This document shows, in pieces, positions 47,451-56,900 of a DNA stretch of 64,000 nt. Below the pieces are notes generated by a model that saw only the letters and a list, made by a program, of their open reading frames with translations, searched no databases and was not told the origin of the DNA. The translations under genes and the position numbers were made by a program. Every line of letters begins with the position of its first letter. The stretch's first letter is position 1. Source of the DNA: an uncultured Flavobacteriales bacterium (GTDB lineage Bacteria; Bacteroidota; Bacteroidia; Flavobacteriales_D; Parvicellaceae); the NCBI GenBank assembly GCA_943787535.1, contig CALSMU010000013.1, positions 16,529-80,528 of the forward strand, written 5' to 3'.

Positions 47451-48421
47451 TTATTCAAATTGTTTTAGGTAATCCAAAACAAAGGGGAAATGATCTTTGG
47501 GAGCATCTTTATGAGTAAGAATGATTGATATGATCGTAATCGTGTTTGAACCCATTATTCTTTCCCACAATTTGCAATTTGTTCGCTTGATGCTTCCCCG
47601 TTTCATTCAAAAGTCTTTTTACATCATCGGATGACCTAGAAGCTTATCACCTCTTCCTGTTATGTATAAAATAGGAGGGAGCTTCACATTCGCTAATGCT
47701 TTTTGGTAATTATAGCCGTCTTCTGGAGAAATCCATTTTTCTTCTTTTACCCAAATATTTGCATCTGCATAATAAGCTGCTGGTTCATTTTCAGTTCCCA
47801 TCTTCATTTTTTTTGCAGGCAAATAGCCATGTTTTTTAGTCAAATAGGTTCCGTATTTATCCCACATCAAATTAACTCCAATCAATTTTCTCCAACCTTT
47901 TATGCAATTCTTCTTTTGGTGCTGAATGCAATCATTGATTTAATATTAGGATCTTGCGTCCTGGATAAATAAGCTATTGCTAAAACACCTCCCCAGCTAT
48001 GGGCTCCCAAGTGTATTTTTTCTATCCCAGTTGTTTTCTCTTACAAATGCTAGATAGGTTGGAATATCTCTTGTAATTATTTCAAATTGACTGTGATTAA
48101 ACCTTTCTTTATTTTTGGAAGACTTTCACCTTTTCCTAGTAAGTCACACACAAAAACATCAAAACCGTTTTCCGCAAGAAATGGAGCGAATCCTTTACCT
48201 TTTTTGGTGAAAAATATTCTGCCATCTTCAAAATATCCATGAATTAAGAAAATTGGAGAACCTCCTTTTTTTGTGTAAAAACGATGAACTTTGGAAGTTC
48301 CCTGATTGAATTTTATATCGTATGATTCGTATTCCATGGGAGGTAAAGATACTATTGTAAAATTGTTAAAAGTAAATTTGTGAATTGGCCTTGTAAATAA
48401 TCTTCTAAAATACATCCGCAA
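47451..48421 (-). pseudogene. alpha/beta-fold hydrolase broken by at least five frameshifts
   Basis: The homologous reading hops between frames: ...PIFLIHGYFEDG...DLLGKGES | SKNKERFNHSQFEIITRDIPTYLAFVRE | TTGIEKIHLGAHSWGGVLAIAYLS...AFSTKRRIA | CIKGWRKLIGVNLMWDKYG...ITGRGDKLLGHP | DDVKRLLNETGKHQANKLQIVGKNNGFKHDYDHIN | ILTHKDAPKDHFPFVLDYLKQFE-stop (stop codon at 47451-47453). The nucleophile elbow GAHSWGG is present. Confidence 0.75.
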
Positions 48422-48664
48422 GGAGCGTTAAAAAGGAAAAGCTGTTTGAACGAAGTGAGTTCTTTTACTTTAGTGATGAGGAATTGAATTTTGAAGGTTA
48501 TTTGCGAAGCCTTGACTTTTTTTGTTTCGTTTTTTGTGTTAAGACAAAAAATGAAATGCCCGTCCGGCAATAGGACTTTAAGCTATTATAGTTGTATTTA
48601 AATGAAAGAGAATATCTTTTTAAAAAAACATGTAACTATTTATGGCTTAACCCAAGACTATTTT

Positions 48665-48672
48665 TACATTTG
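48665..48672 (+). promoter_or_regulatory. candidate -7 box TACATTTG
   Basis: It fits TAnnTTTG and lies 20 nt upstream of the sucC ATG at 48692. Confidence 0.45.
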
Positions 48673-48691
48673 GGCAACTAAAACCAAAAAA

Positions 48692-49903
48692 ATGAATTTA
48701 CACGAATTTCAAGGAAAATCGATTTTAGAAAGTTACGGAGTAGCTATACAAAAAGGAATTGTAGTTGATGATGCATCTCAAACATTAGGGGTGGCTAAAC
48801 AACTTACAGCAGAAACGGGTACCGAATGGTATGTTGTTAAAGCACAAATTCATGCTGGAGGCAGAGGGAAAGGAATTATCGAAGAAACGGGTTCTCATGG
48901 TGTTGAAATCGCAAAAGGAATTGATAAAGTTGAAGGTGTTGTACGAGGGATTTTAGGCGGGCATCTAGAAACGGCTCAAACAAATGGTGTTGGAAAATTA
49001 GTAGTAAAGTGCTTAGTTGCTGAAGATGTATACGCTCCAGATTTTGATAAATGTGAAGAGTATTACATGTCTGTATTAATGGATAGAGGTAATGGTAGAA
49101 ATATTATCATGTACTCTACCGAAGGAGGAATGAATATTGAAGAAGTTGCGGAGAAAACACCTCATTTAATATTTAAAGAAGAAATTGATCCTAAAGTTGG
49201 TTTACAAGGTTTTCAATGTCGAAAAATTGCTTTTAACTTAGGTTTAAGTGGAAAGGCATTTAAAGAAATGACAAAGTTTGTTAAGTCATTATATGCAGCT
49301 TACGAAGGTTGTGATGCTTCTATGTTTGAAATTAACCCAGTGTTAAAAACATGTGAAGAAACAATTATAGCTGTCGATTCTAAAGTGACTTTAGATGATA
49401 ATGCTTTGTATCGTCATCCGGATTACGCCGCAATGAGAGACGTAAGTGAAGAGGATCCGACAGAAGTTGAAGCAGCTGCAGCTGGTTTAAGCTATGTCAA
49501 CTTGGATGGAAATGTTGGGTGTATGGTAAATGGTGCTGGATTAGCCATGAGCACAATGGATATTATTAAGTTATCAGGTGGAGAACCTGCGAACTTTTTA
49601 GATGTTGGTGGTACAGCGGATGCTGAAAGAGTTGAAAAAGCCTTTAACCTTATTCTAAAGGATAAAAATGTAGAAGGTATTTTAGTAAATATCTTTGGAG
49701 GAATTGTAAGATGCGATAGAGTGGCTAATGGAATTGTTCAAGCTTATAAAAGCATTGGTAACATTCCAGTTCCAATTATTGTAAGGTTACAAGGAACAAA
49801 TGCTGTTGAAGCAAAAGAGATTATTGATAACTCTGGTTTAAACGTGCATTCTGCAATTACATTGCAAGATGCTGCAGACAAGGTGAAAGAAGTTATTATA
49901 TAA
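48692..49903 (+). CDS. sucC: succinate--CoA ligase (ADP-forming) subunit beta
   Basis: MNLHEFQGK.IL...GV, VVKAQ.HAGGRGK, GCMVNGAGLAM.TMD and LVNIFGGI.RCD. The tracked 30-aa N-terminal extension is rejected. Confidence 0.95.
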   Translation: MNLHEFQGKSILESYGVAIQKGIVVDDASQTLGVAKQLTAETGTEWYVVKAQIHAGGRGKGIIEETGSHGVEIAKGIDKVEGVVRGILGGHLETAQTNGVGKLVVKCLVAEDVYAPDFDKCEEYYMSVLMDRGNGRNIIMYSTEGGMNIEEVAEKTPHLIFKEEIDPKVGLQGFQCRKIAFNLGLSGKAFKEMTKFVKSLYAAYEGCDASMFEINPVLKTCEETIIAVDSKVTLDDNALYRHPDYAAMRDVSEEDPTEVEAAAAGLSYVNLDGNVGCMVNGAGLAMSTMDIIKLSGGEPANFLDVGGTADAERVEKAFNLILKDKNVEGILVNIFGGIVRCDRVANGIVQAYKSIGNIPVPIIVRLQGTNAVEAKEIIDNSGLNVHSAITLQDAADKVKEVII

Positions 49904-49920
49904 GCTTTAAATTAATAGAG

Positions 49921-49954
49921 AAAAAAAAAGGAGAGCAATTGCTCTCCTTTTTTT
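49921..49954. terminator. bidirectional rho-independent terminator between convergent genes
   Basis: A9-GGAGAGCAATTGCTCTCC-T7: a perfect 7-bp stem flanked by an A-run and a T-run. Confidence 0.75.
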
Positions 49955-49996
49955 ATGCTTAAAATTTTTCAATAACAATTTTGTAAATCAAGCTAA

Positions 49997-51228
49997 TTAA
50001 AATTCAAAAACCGTTAGACCACTTCTTATTTTAGGTTCTATCCAAGTGCTTTTTGGGGGCATAATGTTATTTGTGTCTGCAACCCTTTTTAACTGGTCTA
50101 TTGAGACAGGAAAGAATCCAAATGCAACTTTGGCTTTTTTGCTTTCAACAGATTCTTGCAAAGCTATCATTCCCTTAGTTCCTTCAATAAAATTAACGCG
50201 ATTATCTGTTTTTAAATCGTGTATCCCAAGAATAGGAGAGAGAACCAAGTTGGATAGAAGCTGCGCGTCAAGACAACCAACAGGATTGTCATTTTCAATA
50301 AATTCATCTTTAATTGTAAGCGAGTACCATGACTCATCAAAGTACATGGATAAATTGTGTAATGATTTGGGATGATACTCTTCTTTGCTTTTTGTTAATA
50401 TAAATGATTTTTCTATTTGGAGTAAAAACTCTTCAGAAGTAAGGTCATTTAAACTATTAACAGTTCTGTTGTAATCAAAAATTCTCAATTTACTTTCAGC
50501 AATATAAAAAGCCATGAAGTAATTAAAGTCTTCATCTCCTTTGTATCCTTTTTCTCTTTGACTCTTCGTATATAATGCAGATGATGAGACTCTATGGTGT
50601 CCGTCAGCAATATATGAATGCTCTACATTAGCAAAAGCATCTTGAAGTAGCTCGATATCCTTTTTGTCACTAACAATCCAAAGATCATGCTTTACTTCTC
50701 TTGTGTTGGTAAATTCGTATTCTGAGCGAGTGCTAACGTATTTTTCCAACAGCGCATCAATATCCTCATTGTCTTTGTAAGTTAAAAGTACGGGCTCTGC
50801 ATTAAATTTACATACATTCAAATATTTCTTAAACATCTCCTCTCTTTGAGAAAGGGTATGCTCATGAACTTTAATTTTTCCGTTTAAATAATCGTCGACT
50901 GAAGCGGCCGCAATAATTCCAATATAAGTATTCGTGGAGTTATTTGTCTGTAAATGTATATAGCAGGAACTTCGTCTTGAGTAAAATATCCGAGTGTCTT
51001 GAACTCATCGTACTTGTCTCTCACTTTTTCGAAACGCTCAACAGTATTTGGTTCAGTCGAGTCATCCTCTCTAAACTCGGGGTTGATAACATGTAAAAAA
51101 GTATATGGATTCCCTTCAAGTTTAGATTCTAAGTGCTTTTTCTTGTATGAGTAGGAAGGTCTGCTAGATACTAAATAAGCTTTGTCTCTAGTTGGCCGAA
51201 CCGCTTTAAATGGAATTATTTTACTCAT
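49997..51228 (-). pseudogene. DUF1015-family protein interrupted by one frameshift near 50940-50950
   Basis: The N-terminal ORF (MSKIIPFKAVRPTRDKA...IYIYRQ) runs into a stop. A different frame reads NNSTNTYIGIIAAASVDDYLNGKIKVHEHTLSQREEMFKKYL straight into the 279-aa ORF. Confidence 0.8.
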
Positions 51229-51265
51229 AGTGCTAAGTTACATTGATTTGAAAGTGGGAAAGTAA

Positions 51266-51300
51266 TAAAAAAGCCGATAAACAATTACGAATATCGGCTT
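51266..51300 (-). terminator. rho-independent terminator downstream of the full-length serA reading frame
   Basis: Stem AGCCGATA/TATCGGCT with a 12-nt loop, followed by T6 on the minus strand. It lies about 24 nt after the frame-corrected stop at 51324. Confidence 0.7.
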
Positions 51301-51323
51301 TGGTATTGATTATAATAAGATTA

Positions 51324-52278
51324 TTAAACTTTGTAAAAGTCAATTATTTGACTTGCCAGTTCTGTTCCAATTCTGTCCTGCGCTTCAACCGTTGCAGCTC
51401 CAACGTGAGGTGTTAAAGCTATTTTCTCGTGTGCTAAAATATCAGCTCTTGGAGATGGTTCTCCTACAGAATACGTCTAATGCACAAGCAGCAACTTTAC
51501 CATTGTTTAATGCTTCAATTAAGTCATCTTCATTGATTACTCCACCTCTTGCAGCATTAACGATACGAACACCATCTTTCATTTTATCGAATTCAGCTTT
51601 TGCTATTACAGCTCCTTCTTTTGGCATAGGAACGTGTAAAGAGATATAATCAGCTTTTGCTAATAAATCATCTTTAGAAACCATGTCAATGTTTACATCA
51701 ATGCTTTGATTTCCAACTTCAACGGATACAGAAGCGTTTTCCACAAATGGGTCAGCAGCAATAACATTCATCCCGCAACCTAAAGCGTATTTAGCAGTAT
51801 ATTGACCAATTCTTCCAAATCCAATTACGCCTAAAGTTTTACCTCTTAATTCAACACCTTTCCCGTATTTTTTCTTTAGAACTTTAAATTCGGAATTCCC
51901 ATTAGTAGGCATATTTCTCTCAGAGTCATAAGTAGAACGAGAAATACTAAATAATTGCCCAGTTACTAATTCAGCAACAGCCAATGAAGATGCTGCCGGT
52001 GTATTAAAAACAACTAATCCATTGTCTCTGCCATATTGAACATCAATGTTGTCCATTCCAACACCACCTCTACCAATCATTTTAAGTCCAGGGCATGCAT
52101 CCATTACTTCTTTGCGCACAGTGGTTGCACTTCTTACTAATACAACTTCATAACCTTCGTTGTTAATTGCATCAATTAAATCATCCTGAGCAACAGTTTC
52201 AGTAACGACAGTAAATCCTTTTGCTTCTAAAGCTTCTTTTCCTGATGGTGCAATACCATCGTTTGCTAATACTTTCAT
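51324..52278 (-). pseudogene. serA: D-3-phosphoglycerate dehydrogenase with a 1-nt frameshift near 51466-51472
   Basis: GFGRIG Rossmann motif and RGG..D. As written, the frame gives ...ACALDVFCRRTISKS-stop. Deleting one T restores VF-VGEPSPRADILAHEKIALTPHVGAATVEAQDRIGTELASQIIDFYKV-stop. Confidence 0.85.
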
Positions 52279-52288
52279 TTATTCTTTT

Positions 52289-53363
52289 TTATGCTGTTTG
52301 AAGTGCTAGTTTTTTCATTACGTCTACTAAAACTTGTACACTTTCCAAAGGAAGAGCGTTGTACATGGATGCTCTATATCCACCAACTCGAGCGATGTCC
52401 TTTAAGTCCGTTAATTTTTTCTTCGTTCCACATTTTATCAAACTCTTCTGCCTTGCTCTCGTCAGTAAGAACGAAAGTAACATTCATGTTACTTCTGTCT
52501 TCTTTTGCAGCAGTTCCTTCAAAAAGAGGATTGTTGTCTATTTCACTGTAAAGTAACGCAGATTTTTCTTCATTTCTTTTTTCAATCCAATCAAGTCCAC
52601 CGTTTTTCTTCAACCATCTTAATGTCAGCATTGCCGTGTAAATAGCAAAACAAGGAGGAGTATTAAACATCGAGTCTTTATCCGCATGTGTTTTTAGATT
52701 CAGCATAGTTGGAATATCAACTGATGAATTACCAAGTACAGAATCCTTGATTATGTAAAGAGTTGTTCCTGCTGGACCAAGATTTTTTTGAGCACCGGCA
52801 TAAATAATATCAAATTTAGATACATCAATTTTCTTTGAGAAAATATCCGAACTCATATCGCATACCAAAGGCACGCTTGTAGATGGAATTTCTTTAAACT
52901 GCGTTCCAAAAATTGTGTTATTCGATGTATAGTGCAAGTAATCTATGTCATTCGGTATTGCGTAGCCTTTTGGAATGTAATTGTTGTTTTTATCTTCTGA
53001 AGAGGCTATTAAAACAGATTCGCCCATGAAATCAGCTTCTTTAATCGCTTTTTTTGCCCAGGCTCCAGTGTTAATGTACCCACCTTTTTTATTTTCTCTC
53101 ATCATATTATAAGCGGAAACTAAAAATCCTAAGCTAGCTCCTCCCTGAAGAAACAAAACGGTATAACCATTTGGAACTTCTAGTATTTCTTTGACTAAAC
53201 CTCTAGCTTCTTCCATAACCGCTACGAAGTCTTTGCTTCTATGAGACATTTCAAGAATGGAAAGTCCTGAGTTGTTATAGTTTAATACTGCTTTTGAAGC
53301 TTCTTCGAATACTTCTTGCGGCAAGATGCATGGCCCTGCACTGTAGTTGTGAACTTTTGACAT
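52289..53363 (-). pseudogene. serC: 3-phosphoserine aminotransferase with a 1-nt frameshift at 52387-52392
   Basis: MSKVHNYSAGPCILP... and YAGAQKNLGPAG (PLP lysine). As written, the frame gives GLKGHRSSWWI-stop. Removing one base restores [36 protein letters not shown]-stop at 52289. Confidence 0.85.
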
Positions 53364-53616
53364 AGTGACTAATTTAGCGTTAAAATTTATCATGCAAATG
53401 TGATGAAAAAAGGTCAATTAATATCAAAATAGTTAAGTTCTTTTTTATTGGTTTAATAATTAAAAACAGATCATTTGTGCAAACCAAATTTGTTCATAGG
53501 TTAAAATAATGTAGTTTTATGAGCACTTATAATTAAGTAATTATGCACGGTACAGATTTTTGTGCAGTAAAAAAAAGCAACCAAGTTTGTTTTTGAACGT
53601 TAAAATAAAAAAAATC

Positions 53617-53970
53617 ATGAAAACGGTATCCGTTATATTTTTACTCTTGATATCCTTTAAGTCATTCTCTCAAAATGATTTAGGTAAATCAGTTCAGATG
53701 AAAAAAGTGTCTTTCACAAATGAAGGAACTACCAAAGTTCAGGCGCACAATAAAGGGCAATATGTGTCTGGTGGTAACAAAAAAATAATAGAGGCTAAAA
53801 CTGTAGCCTATTATGATAGCTACATTTCTTCTGTAAAAACAAAAATGGAACATATTAAATCTGATAAAGTTGAGAATAGGAGAGCTATTGAAAGTGGATG
53901 GTATGATGAAATGAAAAAGAACATATCAAATGCTGAAATTGAAAAACAAAAATTACTAATTGTTAAATAG
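53617..53970 (+). CDS. small secreted hypothetical protein
   Basis: Signal peptide MKTVSVIFLLLISFKSFSQ. Lys-rich and helical. The stop is 5 nt before the adhesin ATG. Confidence 0.6.
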   Translation: MKTVSVIFLLLISFKSFSQNDLGKSVQMKKVSFTNEGTTKVQAHNKGQYVSGGNKKIIEAKTVAYYDSYISSVKTKMEHIKSDKVENRRAIESGWYDEMKKNISNAEIEKQKLLIVK

Positions 53971-53974
53971 CCAA

Positions 53975-56900
53975 ATGAAACATTTGAAATTAATTTCGTT
54001 AGTGCTTTTTACGATTCTCTTGAGTGGTATTGTCTATTCTCAAAGTAATACATGTAATACTTTAGAGCCTATTTGTACCGATGTAGGTTTGGATTTCCCT
54101 GCTCAAACTGGAGTAGCAGATGCGAGTATCACGGATCCTGGTAATAATTATAGTTGTTTAGCCTCTTCTCCTAATCCTACATGGTATTATATGGAGGTAG
54201 CAGATGCTGGTGGTATTGATATGGATCTGTCTGCGGGTTCTGATATTGATTTTGCGTTATGGGGTCCCTTTTCTAATTTAGCCGATGCTCAAGCAAATTG
54301 TAATTCATATGGATCTGCAATAGACTGCAGCTATTCCACTGCTGCGACGGAAAATGTAAATGTACCGAATGCTCAAATAGGTGAGGTATATGTCTTGTTA
54401 ATTACAAATTATGCGTCAGTTTCTCAGCAAATTACTCTTGAGCAGACAGGTGGCTCGGGGTCCACAGATTGTAGTATTGTAGATCCTTGCTTTATGGATT
54501 TTATAGACGCAAACGTTTCGGTATGCGCTGGTGGTACATTTGATATTACGGGGCAAGTTCAGTTTACAGATCCTCCCACAAGTGGTACTCTGACGGTTAC
54601 TAATTGTTCTGGCGATCAGCAAGTATTTAATGCTCCGTTTAATAGCCCAATAAATTATGCTATAAATGGTATTACAGCGGATGCAACTGCCGGTTGCTCT
54701 GTTACCGCGGTTTTTTCGGATGATCCAGCCTGTACAATTACTACAGGTACTTTTACGGAACCTGTCTGTACATGTTTTATGACATTATTGGACGCAACTG
54801 TTGGTGTCTGTAATGGGGCAACTAATTCATTTGATATAACCGGAACAGTTGAGTTTGTCAACCCCCCAGCTACGGGAACATTAACGGTATCGAATTGTTC
54901 AGGAGATCAGCAAGTTTTCAATGCCCCTTTTACCAGTCCACAACTGTTTACTATTGGAGGAATAGCGGCAGATGGAACTGCTGGTTGTGCTGTTTCAGCT
55001 GTGTTTTCAGCAGATCCTGCTTGTACGCTAACAACTAGCACTTACACTGAGCCAGCTTCCTGTCTGTGTCCAGCATATGCTGGAACTACCACTGTAACAA
55101 TGACTGGTTTTGGAACAAACAATTATGTGTTATGTGATGGAGATCAAATTGATATTTTGTCTAATGGAGATAACGTTGCAGACCCTTCATGGATAGACCC
55201 TGGATTGATGTATGGTATTTACACCTGTCCCCCAACCCCTGGTTTGGAACCTGGAGTTGATCCATGTTATTCTGGGTTTGTTGTTGGAGGTCCATCGGAT
55301 TTGATAGATTTGAATGTTGGAGGTTCCAGTGGAGGTTTGTTGGCAGCTATTATTGGTGCAGGAATTCCAATAACTGGCAATACAGTGTATTATGCGCCAA
55401 TGACCGCAATAGATTTTGGTGGTTTATTGTATGATCCTACTTGTGTTGATGTTGGTCCTGTAACGGCAGTAACTTATTTGGAACCATTAGTTATAGCTGG
55501 TGTAGAAGATTGTCAAACTGGAACAGTAACAGTTACAATTAGTGGTGGGTATCCAGAACTTTTAGGAGGAAATTATTCAATATCTAATATATTGCCAGCC
55601 ACAGCTTCGGTTTCCCCAAATCCACTTACAGTAAGTGGTGGCACAGTTACAATTTCAGGGCTGCAAGATGGTGACATGTATTCATTTGATGTTACTGACG
55701 ATAATGGTTGTCCAATAGCATTTTCTGGAGGTCCGTTTGTTGGGTTGCCAGTTGCAGATGCTGGAACTGATGCTGTAGAATGTTCATTTAGTTATGGTTT
55801 AAATGCTACTGCAAGTTTTGGTACAGGAACATGGACTGGAGCCGGTGTTACATTTTCTAATCCAAATTCACCTACTTCAAATGCGACTGTAACAAGTGCA
55901 GGCTCTTATACCATGACGTGGACCGAAGACAATGGTGGCGGATGTGCAGATTCGGACGATGTTATTGTTCAGTTTTCAAATTTAAGTTATATAGATGCTG
56001 TTGTTCAATCTACATGTGGAAGTGCAGATGGTGAAATTACATTAACAGCAAGTGATGGAGTTATTGCTTATCAATATTCAATTGATAATGGTGCCAATTT
56101 TCAGGCATCTGGTAATTTTACCGGATTATTGGCTGGTAACTATAATGTTGTTGTTCAAGATAATATAGGATGTCAAGTTACTGGAGTTGTTTCAGTAACA
56201 GATCAAGGTGGTCCAGTAATAAATAACGTTATAGGTATTGATCCGTTATGCAATGCAGGATGTGATGGTTCTATTTCTATTGATGCAACTGATGCGACTC
56301 AGTTTAGTATAGATAATGGAACAACTTTTCAAGGTGTAAACGTTTTTCCAAACTTATGTCCAGGTAATTACGATATTGTGGTGACAAACGCAGTTGGTTG
56401 TCAAGCAACGTCCTCAGCTATATTAAATGATCCTCCTGCACTATCATATTCAGCAGCATTAACGGATGTTTTTTGCTCAGGACAATGCACTGGAGAAATT
56501 GATGTAACAGTAAGTGGAGGTACCGGAACTTTACAATACAGTATTGATAATGGTGTGACTTTTGGTTTGAACAATGTATTTACCAACCTTTGTGTTGGTA
56601 ATTATGATATGGTGGTAGAAGATGCAAATGGATGTCAAACAGTGGCGAATGAACCAATTACTGAGCCCGCACCTTTAACGGTTACTCTGGGAATTACAGA
56701 TCCAATTTGTAATAGTTCTTGTGATGGTATGATAAATTCTATACCAGCTGGTGGTGACGGGAACTATTCTTATGTATGGTCAAGTGGGCAATTGATTCCT
56801 CTAGTTTCAAACCTATGTTCGGGTCAATATGATTTGAATGTTACAGATGGAAACGGTTGTTTTATCGATACCACAGTCACTTTGGTTGGTCCTGCAGCTG

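Noticed and set aside
48352-48570. 72-aa minus-strand ORF in the gap between the decayed hydrolase and sucC, containing T-rich/A-rich segments (TTGACTTTTTTTGTTTCGTTTTTTGTGTTAAGACAAAAAA) that look like a small repeat element.
   Set aside because: The translation is low-complexity, it overlaps the hydrolase 5' end, and I found no second copy of the element in the window. It is most likely divergent promoter DNA. I cannot test for genome-wide repetition.
50894-50911. Adjacent SalI (GTCGAC) and NotI (GCGGCCGC) sites in an AT-rich genome, plus an XhoI site (CTCGAG, 52387-52392) exactly at the serC frameshift. These could be a cloning scar or engineered DNA.
   Set aside because: The NotI/SalI stretch encodes the conserved DUF1015 peptide IIAAASVDDY in frame, and no vector-like sequence flanks it. 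The XhoI site can arise by chance from a single inserted base. No other sign of engineering was seen, although the XhoI coincidence is noted.
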